From IMG/VR virus record IMGVR_UViG_3300034073_002480, positions 1 to 64,000 of that record: a stretch of DNA of 64,000 nt; one strand, 5' to 3'. This stretch comes from a virus. This document shows positions 38,206 through 48,975 of this stretch, piece after piece. A model generated the notes under the pieces. That model saw only the letters and a list, made by a program, of their open reading frames with translations, was not told the origin of the DNA and searched no databases. Both the position numbers and the translations under genes were made by a program. Position 1 is the first letter of the stretch. Every line of letters begins with the position of its first letter.

Positions 38206-38583
38206 ATGGCAATTTCGCTAGTATTTGATAAGTTTGGTACTCACCCTATTGATCCAGGTGATATAACCCAAAATAACGAATCTGTATATACTCTTAGAGC
38301 GCCCTCTGGAGATTATTTAACAGATCTCAATTTCGCACGGATCACTCAGCAGGTATCTTTAAAAGGTGTTCCTGCCGCATTAGCTGATACAATCGAAGGA
38401 TATCTTAGTGACTATGCAACGTCTGTTGTTACTGGTGCATTACCAACACCAAATGTCACCCTCGATGGTAAATCTTATGCTGTTAAAACTGTAGAAAAAG
38501 GTTCTAGTATCACAGTAAACTCGGCAAAAGTTTATCCAAATCTCACATTTACCTGCATCTCCAATGAGCTTACTATTGTATAA
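38206..38583 (+). CDS. Tail structural protein (tube or distal-tail candidate)
   Basis: 125 aa after the tape measure, with an AAGGA SD and its own -10; followed by a homing endonuclease. Confidence 0.45.
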   Translation: MAISLVFDKFGTHPIDPGDITQNNESVYTLRAPSGDYLTDLNFARITQQVSLKGVPAALADTIEGYLSDYATSVVTGALPTPNVTLDGKSYAVKTVEKGSSITVNSAKVYPNLTFTCISNELTIV

Positions 38584-38662
38584 TTAAAGCTTATATAGTA
38601 AACCTTGTTTTATACCCTTACTTGTGCTATATTATGTTTATAGCTCATTAAGGGTATTTTTC

Positions 38663-39799
38663 ATGGTTGGTTACGATTTAGTTTGGTCAGATGCAGAGAT
38701 TGCTTTGCTGGAGACAACAGTTGGTCTGACTAATGATCAAAGCTTACAAGTTTTAGTGGACAGTGGTTTTACAGATAAAAATATTTATGGTGTAAAACGC
38801 AAACGCGCTAAGATGGGTATTACTAATAATAATAAGTGGTCTGTTGAAGATATTGCTTTACTTGAAGCAAATTATCAGGGTATGACTGATGAAGAGCTTG
38901 CAGCTACATTTTTCCCTAACAGGCATTGGCATGGTGTTGCAGCTAAACGTTTGAAACTAGGCTTGCTCAAAGAAGCTCAATGGACTAATGAAGAAATTGA
39001 AATTCTGAAAGCTGAGTACCACAAAGGTATAGAACACTGTATGACTTTGTTTCCTCAGTACAGTAAAGGGTCGATTAAATGGTTGGGTAAAACACTTAAT
39101 CTATCTGTCAACACAAGAGAACTTAGGCGCAAGTATGACTATAAACGAGATTATTTTACCGAACTAACACTAGAAAACTGCTACGTAGCTGGTTTTATTG
39201 CTGCTGATGGTTGTTTACATGAGAAAAAAGAAACTTTAACTATACAGCTTCACCAGCAAGATAAGATTATCTTGGAAAGATTTAAACAGTTTTTTGGATA
39301 TACAGGTAATATTATTGACAGCACCCCTGAAGAAAAAAGAGCAGATGGTTCTACAAGAACTGCTTTAAAAACAACACTATCTCTACATGGTGTTTTACCT
39401 TGGTTTAGAGATCTTAATAAACACTTCAACATCACCCCTGCAAAAACCAAAACTCTGCAAGCACCTAACCTTTCTTCTATGGATCACAAAATTGCATTTA
39501 TTACAGGTTATATAGATGGTGATGGAACTATTTTTGAATCAGATGGTAAGTTATATTTAGGCGTACTTGGTACAGAATCAGTTGTCAAGTTTATCAAAGA
39601 AGTTTTTGATGAGATTGTGCCTATACCAGAAAACGGTAAAGGTCGTGGTTCACTTACAAATATGGAAGGTAAGTATAGTTTTCCGTTATATAAATACACT
39701 TTATCTGGTGTAAGAGCAATCGCTATATGCCAATACATCAAACAATACGATCTCCCATTTCTAGAACGTAAATGGAATAAGGTTCCTAGCCTAGAATAA
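38663..39799 (+). CDS. Double-motif LAGLIDADG homing endonuclease with N-terminal W..EE repeats
   Basis: YVAGFIAADG and FITGYIDGDG, FLERKW end; repeats WSDAEIALL, WSVEDIALL, WTNEEIEIL. Confidence 0.88.
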   Translation: MVGYDLVWSDAEIALLETTVGLTNDQSLQVLVDSGFTDKNIYGVKRKRAKMGITNNNKWSVEDIALLEANYQGMTDEELAATFFPNRHWHGVAAKRLKLGLLKEAQWTNEEIEILKAEYHKGIEHCMTLFPQYSKGSIKWLGKTLNLSVNTRELRRKYDYKRDYFTELTLENCYVAGFIAADGCLHEKKETLTIQLHQQDKIILERFKQFFGYTGNIIDSTPEEKRADGSTRTALKTTLSLHGVLPWFRDLNKHFNITPAKTKTLQAPNLSSMDHKIAFITGYIDGDGTIFESDGKLYLGVLGTESVVKFIKEVFDEIVPIPENGKGRGSLTNMEGKYSFPLYKYTLSGVRAIAICQYIKQYDLPFLERKWNKVPSLE

Positions 39800-39833
39800 T
39801 CAATTATGTTACTATAGTAACAGAAGACATAGT

Positions 39834-39858
39834 AGCATCTCGGAAGAGGTGCTTTTTT
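39834..39858 (+). terminator. Intrinsic terminator
   Basis: agcatctc-ggaa-gaggtgct followed by a T-run. Confidence 0.75.
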
Positions 39859-39893
39859 GTGTTACTATAGAGAAAGAATCGTAGAAAAGAAAA

Positions 39894-42275
39894 ATGACAA
39901 CACAGTTTGCAAGTGGTCGAGATAGCGTTTTATCATTAGCTGTATACAATACAGGTAGTGGATCTGTAATGGGCGGCAACCAAGTATATTATTGGTGGTT
40001 ACAGTGTAGGAATCGACTAGGGTACAACAACCCATCGTTACCTTTTTCACTAATAGTCCCTGATAATTGTTCATTAGGTTGCGTTATACCTAATTTATCC
40101 TACCTCGACAGTGAAGATTGGCACGAGTTCCTTGTCTACACAAGCACCACAAATGATTTCACCACATCACGACTGGTCGGTGTCTACAAAGCTCTGCAAA
40201 GCGACCAAATCACACGTACAACTCTTGGCAGTGACACACCTCTCAGCACAGACCCTAAACAACTGGTCTTCACACTCGACAACCAAATCAACTTCTCTTC
40301 TACGGTAGCTACGCCATCTGCTTTACCTGCAACACCTATCAACGGTGCAAGACGATTTGTCACAAGCTTATCGCGTACTTATCGCTATGACTCTACAAGC
40401 ACAGCTACAGCAGATGGTGACACGGTTTTAACAGCCACTACAGGTCGTTGGCTTTACAGTGCTTCCTCGAACCTTATAGAAAACCCCACAAACTTAGCAA
40501 CGGATATCAATGGTTGCAACCAAAACATAAATCTTGCAGACGAAAGCCTTGACCTGATCTATGCTGTTTATGATGTGTCAGGGAATACAGGTACTCCTAT
40601 CAGGTATTACCTCAAGTCTGCTTCTAATACAACGGTAGCCAAAGGTACACGGATATCTTTGTCTGTTCGTGTTGATGGCGTTGACCGTACTGATGATTTT
40701 TCAGGTTTGTTGGATATTACTGTGGAAGGTAAAGTATCTACAAGCAATTACAGTCTCAGCACAACTAACATGCCCTCTGCTGGCTCTGTTGTACCATACG
40801 ACCATTTTGCTCGGAATATACTACTGGAGGATGATCTCCCACCAGACACTTATTTGTTGCTGTCGATTACACCTCGTTTTGCAGCCACTGACCTTGACAC
40901 ATCTTTGACACCATCAGTAGGGCTTTCGATTTACCCTTACTTTGACTCTAATACTTCTTCTTACAATGAAACTAATTTAGCTGTCGGGGATCTCATTTTT
41001 GCTGACTCTAACAGACGTTTGGTAGTGCCTTATGGTTTGGGTGTGTTACGAGCCTTGGAAGGGTCAGGATGTGTCAACCTCTACACGTTTCGCAATGCTG
41101 GTGTAGAGGATCTTACTGTGTCTGTTGAAAATACAGCTAACCAAACAGTGAGAATCGCCCGTACAGGTGTGTGTACTGTTGGTACACAGACAACAACACA
41201 ACCTCGACGTGCTTCTTTTTCTACGGTATCACGTTATACAAAACCATCGGCGTTCAGTACACCATCTACGTTGACGACAGGGCAGACCGTCCAATATACC
41301 ATAACCATAGAAAAAAATGGCTCAAGCAACCCTATTAACCCTCTGTATGCTGACGAAGCTCTTAGGGGTGTTGATAACCAAGCGCGGTTGAACACTGACA
41401 AAGTGCAAGTAGTAATCAATGCTGGTGGTGTATATAAAGGTTTCACTGTCGTGGTTGACCCTACACAAGCAGTCATATCTGGTACGATCTCTGACTGGTC
41501 ATCAGGTACAACGCTGACGCTAGAGACTCTACAAGCACGTGTGGAAGGTTTGTTCCGTTGTGCGTCTACTGCACACACAACATCTGGTACTGGCGGTAGT
41601 ATCCCTGCTGGCGCTGTATCTGTGGCATATTCTTTCTTTTATGATGGCACATCCGTGTCTGACATCTCACACTCAACAGACGATGGTTGCATCACCACAG
41701 AGTTCTTGCAATACAAAGATACTTATAACCGTGCGCTTTATTATGCTGAACCCACACCGACTTTGACAACCCTTAAAGCATTGGTCTACCCTGCGAGAAG
41801 CAATGAACAGCAAAGGAAAGTTATAGCGAATGGTTTGTCATACACTTATAAACAAACAGATACACGCACAGCCGATGGTTTGTATGTTGTAACACCTGAC
41901 GACCTACAAGGACGGTGGGTTCATGAATATTTCCAAGTTGATCAGTCACAGATCTTCACCAAACCACAGTATGTTTTACGCAATACAGTTACTCCTTCTT
42001 CTGTCTTATCTGTCTCTCTCAGCAATGGTAATTTGGATTTTGTCTTAACCAGCAATATGTCTCTCACACTTACAGACGTACAAGACGGTGGATGTTGGGT
42101 TTTGTTCTTTGAGCAAGGTGGTACAGGTGGTTATACGGTGGCTTTTACCAATGTGGACTTCGGTATTATCGGCACACCTTTTCTTTCTACGGCGGTTGGT
42201 GCTTTGGATATTGTGACTGTTATAGCTCGTGGTTCGTCTTTGTATGGTATATTAGGATTAGGTTTTACAGCATAA
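39894..42275 (+). CDS. Tail fibre / tail-tip structural protein
   Basis: Thr/Ser-rich; repeated Y.Y...T.TADG..V.....GRW; C-terminal EQGGTGGYTVAF...STAVGALDIV. Confidence 0.7.
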   Translation: MTTQFASGRDSVLSLAVYNTGSGSVMGGNQVYYWWLQCRNRLGYNNPSLPFSLIVPDNCSLGCVIPNLSYLDSEDWHEFLVYTSTTNDFTTSRLVGVYKALQSDQITRTTLGSDTPLSTDPKQLVFTLDNQINFSSTVATPSALPATPINGARRFVTSLSRTYRYDSTSTATADGDTVLTATTGRWLYSASSNLIENPTNLATDINGCNQNINLADESLDLIYAVYDVSGNTGTPIRYYLKSASNTTVAKGTRISLSVRVDGVDRTDDFSGLLDITVEGKVSTSNYSLSTTNMPSAGSVVPYDHFARNILLEDDLPPDTYLLLSITPRFAATDLDTSLTPSVGLSIYPYFDSNTSSYNETNLAVGDLIFADSNRRLVVPYGLGVLRALEGSGCVNLYTFRNAGVEDLTVSVENTANQTVRIARTGVCTVGTQTTTQPRRASFSTVSRYTKPSAFSTPSTLTTGQTVQYTITIEKNGSSNPINPLYADEALRGVDNQARLNTDKVQVVINAGGVYKGFTVVVDPTQAVISGTISDWSSGTTLTLETLQARVEGLFRCASTAHTTSGTGGSIPAGAVSVAYSFFYDGTSVSDISHSTDDGCITTEFLQYKDTYNRALYYAEPTPTLTTLKALVYPARSNEQQRKVIANGLSYTYKQTDTRTADGLYVVTPDDLQGRWVHEYFQVDQSQIFTKPQYVLRNTVTPSSVLSVSLSNGNLDFVLTSNMSLTLTDVQDGGCWVLFFEQGGTGGYTVAFTNVDFGIIGTPFLSTAVGALDIVTVIARGSSLYGILGLGFTA

Positions 42276-42276
42276 T

Positions 42277-43110
42277 ATGTTTCCTCAATTACCTTTCTCT
42301 TATTTCGATAACACAGATTTTTGTTTTGCAAAGTTGATTACAAAAAACTATGCAGAACGTGATAACGGGGTATTCCTACGATTATTGAATCACAACTACG
42401 GTCTAGTAGCAGGATTAAAAGGATTAAATGACAAGATTTTAGCTTACTGGAATTTTCAATCAGTGAATCTAGATGGCGATTTTGAGAATCAGGTCAACAT
42501 TGCCGATCTGCCATTAGTCGCAACTACTTCTGATACTGTCGCGGGTATTATTGGCAATGGATTATGGGGGAATGGGAATAATTATGCTGAAAGCACCGAC
42601 ACCAGATTAGATCCTCAGGTAGCAAGGTTTTTAGGGTTCGGCGGATGGGTAAACACAGCTATAGATACAGGCAGTTTGTCCACATCTACAACTTACGAAG
42701 AGCCAATATTATCAGGATTTGCAACTAGCGGGTATTACTTGAGAGTCCGCGCCGTGACCGATGACCCCGTTGATATAGGCACTATTACCTATTCAGTTGT
42801 ACTGCAAATTGAATATGATAGCAGCCCCCTTGAAGTGGCGATTGCGACTGCGGCTGTCGGTTGGAATTTCTTCTATTTTGAGATTAATTTTGCGGCTGGA
42901 GAAGCAAAACTATCAGTAAATGCAGGGGCATTTAGCACCATATCATTCAGCGAAATAGATACTATTGTCAGCAATTTCTACGTTGGCGGCGATACAAGTA
43001 ACGATCTTATCCCCACTATAGATGAAATTTTTGTCTCCGATGAAGCGCTAGACTTAGCGGATCTAGCAGTAATTTATAATTCTGGCAGTGCCAATGCTTA
43101 CCCATTTTAG
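42277..43110 (+). CDS. LamG/concanavalin-like tail protein (possible receptor binding)
   Basis: LAYWNF...GIIGNG...FGGWV...IDEIFV...IYNSG. Confidence 0.65.
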   Translation: MFPQLPFSYFDNTDFCFAKLITKNYAERDNGVFLRLLNHNYGLVAGLKGLNDKILAYWNFQSVNLDGDFENQVNIADLPLVATTSDTVAGIIGNGLWGNGNNYAESTDTRLDPQVARFLGFGGWVNTAIDTGSLSTSTTYEEPILSGFATSGYYLRVRAVTDDPVDIGTITYSVVLQIEYDSSPLEVAIATAAVGWNFFYFEINFAAGEAKLSVNAGAFSTISFSEIDTIVSNFYVGGDTSNDLIPTIDEIFVSDEALDLADLAVIYNSGSANAYPF

Positions 43111-43119
43111 GAGCGAAAA

Positions 43120-43896
43120 ATGACTCAATCAACTTACCTTAGAAACCAAGATGCAAACTGGGTAAAGGGGACTGCTTACCCCGCAGCCCCTACGGTTTAC
43201 ATCACCTTGCACACCGCCGATCCTGCTCTCACTGGAGCTAACGAACTAGCATTCAATGCTCGTATTGCAGTTTCTGTTTTTGGTGCAATCACAACTGTTG
43301 GTAATACAAGAGAGATGCCTGTTAATGAGACAATTACATTCACAAATGCACCTTCTACTGGCACTGCACCTTATTGGGGTGCTTGGGATTCATTAACAGG
43401 TGGTAATTTTTTAGGTGGTGGTATTTTTGTAGATGACACAGGAACACCAGATCCTATTACTTTTTCTATAACAGAATCTGTTGTGATTAATGAAGGCACA
43501 ATAAGATTTGCATATGCTATCGACGTTTTTTCTATTTATTTTGTAGATGCTAAGCTTAACTGGTTAGCAGGTACAGCAATGCCAACAGCACCTACTAATA
43601 TATATGCAATAGCAGGTTTTAATCTTACAATGACTACTGGTACTGAAGCTGTGTTACCACGAGAGCTTGTTAGTTGGGGTTCTATTATAACCATAGGTGC
43701 TTACAAAAGAATAAGAAATAGTGTTGATCTTGTCTTTGACTCGTTGACAGAGCCACCTCTAAGTTTTAATAGTTTACGTTTTTATGATGCAATAACTGCT
43801 GGTAATCTTTTGTTTATAGGTCGTGGAAAACAAAAAAACTATACTGTAGGGCAACAACCTTCTTGGTTAACAACACGTATTAATGTAGATTTTTAG
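43120..43896 (+). CDS. Minor tail protein with an internal tandem duplication
   Basis: NWVKGTAYPAAPTVY and NWLAGTAMPTAPTNIY; WDSLTGGNFL and YDAITAGNLL. Confidence 0.7.
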   Translation: MTQSTYLRNQDANWVKGTAYPAAPTVYITLHTADPALTGANELAFNARIAVSVFGAITTVGNTREMPVNETITFTNAPSTGTAPYWGAWDSLTGGNFLGGGIFVDDTGTPDPITFSITESVVINEGTIRFAYAIDVFSIYFVDAKLNWLAGTAMPTAPTNIYAIAGFNLTMTTGTEAVLPRELVSWGSIITIGAYKRIRNSVDLVFDSLTEPPLSFNSLRFYDAITAGNLLFIGRGKQKNYTVGQQPSWLTTRINVDF

Positions 43897-43897
43897 T

Positions 43898-44599
43898 ATG
43901 TACAAAATCCCAACCATAGAAGAGAAAAATGACAAACGTAAACCGACTGTAACCTCTGCACATACAGCTACAGGTTTTGTGCGTTTGGAACCATCTGTCT
44001 ATACTGTGCAGCAATACCCTTTGGTAGAACTTTATGGTTATACTGTGTCGTTATTTAATCCTTTCACTGTCGTGCCGTCAAGTTGGCGATTGTTGTCTGT
44101 ACAAAACACCACAGATAGCTCTTTTTTGCCCTCTGTCGCGTCTTTATCTGGTTTAGGTACAAACACATATTACAAGAAACTAAATGCCTTGTACCCGTTG
44201 TTAAACGCCACTGGTGTGACAATACGCCTAGAGTTTGTTGTTTTTACAGATTTGGTTGGGCTTACGAACGATATCTCTATTTTTACTGACCGAGGTGCTG
44301 TTCTGACGCAAGTAAATATCACAGGGCATATAGCTACCTTTTCTTCTACGGTTCGAGAGTTCACGTTGGAGTCTCTGATAGCCACCAAGACAGAGTTCCC
44401 CGTACCAGCTGCTTTGACGTTTACTATGGATATTGACCTTGGTGCTTACACATACTACACTGTTTATAATGTGCCTGTAAGTATAGGTTCTGTAGATTAT
44501 GTTCTGTACAACAACAAGATGTACAATAGGTCACGCACAGTAATACCTGCTGCTGGTACTTTTACAACAAGATCTGGTGGAGGTTTACTGTGGATCTAA
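43898..44599 (+). CDS. Tail-region hypothetical protein
   Basis: 233-aa ORF within the operon. Confidence 0.65.
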   Translation: MYKIPTIEEKNDKRKPTVTSAHTATGFVRLEPSVYTVQQYPLVELYGYTVSLFNPFTVVPSSWRLLSVQNTTDSSFLPSVASLSGLGTNTYYKKLNALYPLLNATGVTIRLEFVVFTDLVGLTNDISIFTDRGAVLTQVNITGHIATFSSTVREFTLESLIATKTEFPVPAALTFTMDIDLGAYTYYTVYNVPVSIGSVDYVLYNNKMYNRSRTVIPAAGTFTTRSGGGLLWI

Positions 44600-47250
44600 G
44601 GAATGTCACACGTATTTTTGTTAACACCCCTGTAGTCAATGGTCGGAAACTAGCTACTGGGGTTCTGCCTGTGGGTGTGCCTACGCAAGTTGAAGGGTCG
44701 CTCAGTATCACCCATACAATCAATGAAGGGTCGGAAATCCGTTTGTCATTCACTACTGTACCTTCTTTTCGTATTGCCCAGTTACGTGCGGAGTTCAAAG
44801 AAGGGTCGTTGCACAGTTACGACTCTAACCAGTATATAGTCACGAACTACGGTGAAACAACTGACACCCAACCACTACAACAATTTGGCATTATCACAAC
44901 TTACACAGTAGAAGTTGTGTTGTTGGTCTACAGTTTTCTCAAAGCACAGATAGCGGTGCGATTACCTTTTCCTTCTACAGGTTCACCTTTTATACCTGCA
45001 CGTGACATCGCTACCAAAGCTGGTGTTGTCTACAACGGTTTTGATTTTCAGATCCCTGTGACGCGTGATTCTGCCGATACATTTTTTACTTTTGTTTTAC
45101 GCGACGAAATAGAGTCTCGTGCTTTTGAGTACCAACATTTTATCTTCTATGGTTCTGGCGTTGTCCAAACAAAACCTTTGCAGTACACACGACCTGTAAG
45201 TGGTGTCATCAGCCCTGTGCAAATATCAGGATCGCCACCTGTTCAGTACAAAAATGCTGTTGTGACATGGGCTAACAATACGCTAGACCCTTTTCGTAAC
45301 GACCCTGATTATCTCAAACCAACCCCGCAAGTATTATATCTAGTAGAGGGTGATCTTTCTGTTTCACAACCACCTGACAATATCACAGCTTTTCGCGATC
45401 AAAAAGGTAATTTTATATCTAGTGTTGGTCTAAACAACCCTGTATCACCTAAAGAAACACCGTTAGACAACCAAACAGGAACTTGGTATCAAGCTACTCG
45501 TGCCTTGCATTTAGTATTTGACAATGGTGGTCAGACAAAAGAAGTACGTATCACCAAAAAAGTAGATGGTGTGACCGAATATGTAGAATCTTACAAATAT
45601 GGATTTATGTTTACTGCTTTTAAATTTGCAACAGCAGGTGGTTCACCATCTAATTATTGGCTGCCTATAGAGTACAAGAAAACTGTCTATAACTACACAA
45701 AAGTAGATCGTGATTTCGACAGCATCAAATACCAAGATCGTAAAGGTATATGGCGTTCCACAGTAATAGCTCCCGAACTCAAAGCTCTGTTGCAAGCATC
45801 ACGTGTAGGTTATTTGACCTCAACTGTAACAACAGGCTACAAGTATTTACGTTTTCAGAACGAAAGCCAAGGTGGTTGGGACATAACCAAGGACACATCT
45901 ATCGCTGGTTCTGTGTTCTGGGGTAAAAGAGTCAAAGGTGGTATAAATGGTGGTACGGGTGGCAATAACACAGCCGAAGCCAATTATTGCCAAGATATGT
46001 TGCAGCTTTATTTGTTTAGGAAAGTACCTATCAACGGCAAAACGCAGTATTATCTAGTAGAATCTGAGTCTATTTACAATGATACATATACCAATACCAA
46101 TAAAGAAATCAACGCCAACATAGAAAAAATAGCATGGTCGGCATTACCTGAATCCCTCCGTAACACAACAACGCCTGATTCCGAAGGATTTGTTGGTATA
46201 GCACGACCTGACCCCGATTCATACAAAGAATATTTAGTGATTAGCGAACGTACTGAAGAGATTGCACTGGCATGGCGTACTAATCCTTTGGCGAAGCTAT
46301 ATGATGGTGAAAACCAAACAGTTGCGGAAAAAGCACCTGTGGTCAAACCTAATGCACTACCTTCGACTTATTTACCTTCGTTGGAACCATATGTGATAGG
46401 TGAAAACACAATAGCGACCGTAGAAAGAAAGGTTATCCCCAACCGTAATACAACAGGTAATCACAACAACATACTACAAGAAAACGATAAATATAAACTG
46501 CCACCTCAAGCTATCCAAAATGCCACTCGCTTCATAGGAACAAATAAGACATCTGATCGCATCGACAAATATGTAGAGTACACAACAACAAATACTAGCA
46601 GAGGCACTAACTTTGATGAGCAAGCGGCTTTAACAACTTTTGCTGAATACGAAGGTCGTCCCCCTCTGGCAACTGTCCAACGCACAGCAGCTTTACAATC
46701 TGACATCCAAGACGACCCCTTCTATAAGAAAGACAAAGAGTACTACTACACAGCTTTGTTGGACTCCGATTATCCTACAGATGACTCCACAGCTTCTTTT
46801 ACTTTACTCGAAACCAAACAGTCGGATCTTGCTGGTACACGAAGAGCGTTAGATTTTCGGTTGCAGTTAGAGAATGCTTCATCCACACAAGAATTAACAG
46901 TTGACCTTGGTTATTACCGACCTGAGTATAAGGTAGGTTCATTGACGACTATAGCTGAATACGATGGACAATGGTTGATTCGTAAAGTAGAACATGGTTT
47001 TGACTTTAGTGGTGCTTTCATGACGAACAAACCAACACGGTTGACACTTGGCTATTGGTACTTTGTACAGTCACAAATAACTACATCCGAGTTTACAAAG
47101 CAGTCACCTACAGCATTACCTTATAATCCTTCCCGTTATAATGTAATTGGTGGTAAGTACCCGTTAGATTTTCAGAAATTGCCTAACATGCCTTCTCTCA
47201 CAGGCTCTAGAGGTAACGAACAACCCTCATTAGCTTTCGTGGATTTTTAA
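44590..47250 (+). CDS. Large tail-tip/hub protein
   Basis: 886 aa; C-terminal GQWLIRKVEHGFD..TRLTLG hub-like motif. Confidence 0.55.
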   Translation: MDLRNVTRIFVNTPVVNGRKLATGVLPVGVPTQVEGSLSITHTINEGSEIRLSFTTVPSFRIAQLRAEFKEGSLHSYDSNQYIVTNYGETTDTQPLQQFGIITTYTVEVVLLVYSFLKAQIAVRLPFPSTGSPFIPARDIATKAGVVYNGFDFQIPVTRDSADTFFTFVLRDEIESRAFEYQHFIFYGSGVVQTKPLQYTRPVSGVISPVQISGSPPVQYKNAVVTWANNTLDPFRNDPDYLKPTPQVLYLVEGDLSVSQPPDNITAFRDQKGNFISSVGLNNPVSPKETPLDNQTGTWYQATRALHLVFDNGGQTKEVRITKKVDGVTEYVESYKYGFMFTAFKFATAGGSPSNYWLPIEYKKTVYNYTKVDRDFDSIKYQDRKGIWRSTVIAPELKALLQASRVGYLTSTVTTGYKYLRFQNESQGGWDITKDTSIAGSVFWGKRVKGGINGGTGGNNTAEANYCQDMLQLYLFRKVPINGKTQYYLVESESIYNDTYTNTNKEINANIEKIAWSALPESLRNTTTPDSEGFVGIARPDPDSYKEYLVISERTEEIALAWRTNPLAKLYDGENQTVAEKAPVVKPNALPSTYLPSLEPYVIGENTIATVERKVIPNRNTTGNHNNILQENDKYKLPPQAIQNATRFIGTNKTSDRIDKYVEYTTTNTSRGTNFDEQAALTTFAEYEGRPPLATVQRTAALQSDIQDDPFYKKDKEYYYTALLDSDYPTDDSTASFTLLETKQSDLAGTRRALDFRLQLENASSTQELTVDLGYYRPEYKVGSLTTIAEYDGQWLIRKVEHGFDFSGAFMTNKPTRLTLGYWYFVQSQITTSEFTKQSPTALPYNPSRYNVIGGKYPLDFQKLPNMPSLTGSRGNEQPSLAFVDF

Positions 47251-47253
47251 CCT

Positions 47254-47424
47254 ATGGACAATACACAAGCACAAGTTTTACATAATTTCCGTTCTTTATT
47301 TGGTCGTTACAAAGCTGTAGTAACACAAAATGAACGTACAACACGGATCACTGTTGATAACAAAACTGTAGAGGTCAATAAGATTCGTACAAGACAAACA
47401 CAGCAGCAGACTATAAGATTATGA
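47254..47424 (+). CDS. Small hypothetical protein (56 aa, not in the ORF track)
   Basis: MDNTQAQVLHNFRSLFGRYK...; fills the gap and has an ATGA overlap with the next gene. Confidence 0.6.
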   Translation: MDNTQAQVLHNFRSLFGRYKAVVTQNERTTRITVDNKTVEVNKIRTRQTQQQTIRL

Positions 47425-48941
47425 CACAACCTCAAGAAGTGCTGAGAAATTACCAACAGTTGTTATTAGATAACAACACTGTGCAACAAGGATCATTTTC
47501 TTCTGTGGTTTTGAATGACGCTGAGATACAAGGTGGTAATAATAAAGTAGCACAACAGACAAAAATAACTCAACGTAGAAAGAAAAATCCAATACAAAGA
47601 TTTGATGCGCCGCTTGTTGTTGTTTTTAAAGATATAGTTGAAGGTAGTCCATCTTACCTTAGGTATTTGATAAGTGATGGTGAAACAACACCTGAAGAAG
47701 TGCTTAATGATATAAACTCTAGTATTTTAACAGCTTCAAAAACTTTTGGGGGATATTATGTACATGCTTATAAAAATGATCCTGATTTGACTTTAGGATT
47801 ATTAACAGAAGGTAGTTTAGAGTTTACAAATTTTACAGCATTGTCAGGTAATAGTTTTCAAGTTTTTCAACATGGTTTATATGTAACTTTAGGGGTAGGT
47901 GTTGAAGTCGATTTCCCTATCCTCGGATGTTTAACTACATCTTTTTATTTTCGTGAAAAAGATAGTTCTGGTAATATAAATACTGGTGATACTTTAAGAA
48001 AAAATACCAGACTAGTCCAAACAGATCCAGAAGGTAACAAAAGACATTTTTTGATTTATTTACCATCTGATGCAAGTACATCTGTAACAATAACAAACTC
48101 CGAAATAACCGTAACTATAGATGGTTTTGACGAGATATTAGATTTAGAGGATATGATTGAAGTAAGAGTCGAAGGCTCTTTAGAAGAGTATTGGTACGGA
48201 GATTATAGTACAGAGCTTAACCCTGTAAGACTAGGAGATGAATACACATGGGAGATTATAACTTGCACATTTCCTGATGGTTGGCAATATCCAGCTCCTC
48301 CTGATTTCTCTACGCCAATATGGATACCTGCTAATCAAATTGGTGTATCTAAAGCAATAACCGCTACATATGATCTCACAGGTAATTTCTCATATGATGA
48401 TGAACAAGATGCCAGTTTTACAAGATCAGCTGCACCTGCACCACCATTCTCTATCCAATGGTCGCCACCATTACCATCATTTACTGTACCTTTAGCACTT
48501 TCTCCTGGTAATATCATAAATGTAAATACATCATCTGGTATTTTTCAGTTACTGTGCATAGGTTTGGATCAAGCTGATTTTATATTCCAAGAGTTATCAG
48601 GTGAAAATACTGTATATGCGTACTACAACGGGAGTAACAGAAAAGAGTTTGATGTTGAATCTTTTCGCACACCAGTTGATCTATTCCCTGAAGAAGATGA
48701 TCCTAGAAACGATGAATATATTGTTTTTAATCGTGTTTCTGGTATAAATTACACGCCTAACCTTGTAGATGGGGTTATATATGCGTTAACCAAGCACAGA
48801 AGTGAAGATGAAATAATCAAAAAACAGTGGGCTGCGATTGTAGTTAATCTATCTGGTTCAGCACCTTCCTTCAGTGTTGAATATTTTGACTACACTTTAA
48901 ATACAGACTTAGAAATAGAGGATATGAGCTGTATCTTGTAA
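47421..48941 (+). CDS. Acidic tail-associated protein
   Basis: 506-aa ORF at the end of the tail operon. Confidence 0.6.
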   Translation: MTQPQEVLRNYQQLLLDNNTVQQGSFSSVVLNDAEIQGGNNKVAQQTKITQRRKKNPIQRFDAPLVVVFKDIVEGSPSYLRYLISDGETTPEEVLNDINSSILTASKTFGGYYVHAYKNDPDLTLGLLTEGSLEFTNFTALSGNSFQVFQHGLYVTLGVGVEVDFPILGCLTTSFYFREKDSSGNINTGDTLRKNTRLVQTDPEGNKRHFLIYLPSDASTSVTITNSEITVTIDGFDEILDLEDMIEVRVEGSLEEYWYGDYSTELNPVRLGDEYTWEIITCTFPDGWQYPAPPDFSTPIWIPANQIGVSKAITATYDLTGNFSYDDEQDASFTRSAAPAPPFSIQWSPPLPSFTVPLALSPGNIINVNTSSGIFQLLCIGLDQADFIFQELSGENTVYAYYNGSNRKEFDVESFRTPVDLFPEEDDPRNDEYIVFNRVSGINYTPNLVDGVIYALTKHRSEDEIIKKQWAAIVVNLSGSAPSFSVEYFDYTLNTDLEIEDMSCIL

Positions 48942-48975
48942 TGTGATATCATAAGATTATATATATACAAAAATT

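Noticed and set aside
28467-48941. Contractile tail sheath/baseplate wedge genes
   Set aside because: No sheath or baseplate J-like motifs were recognised; tail type remains an inference.
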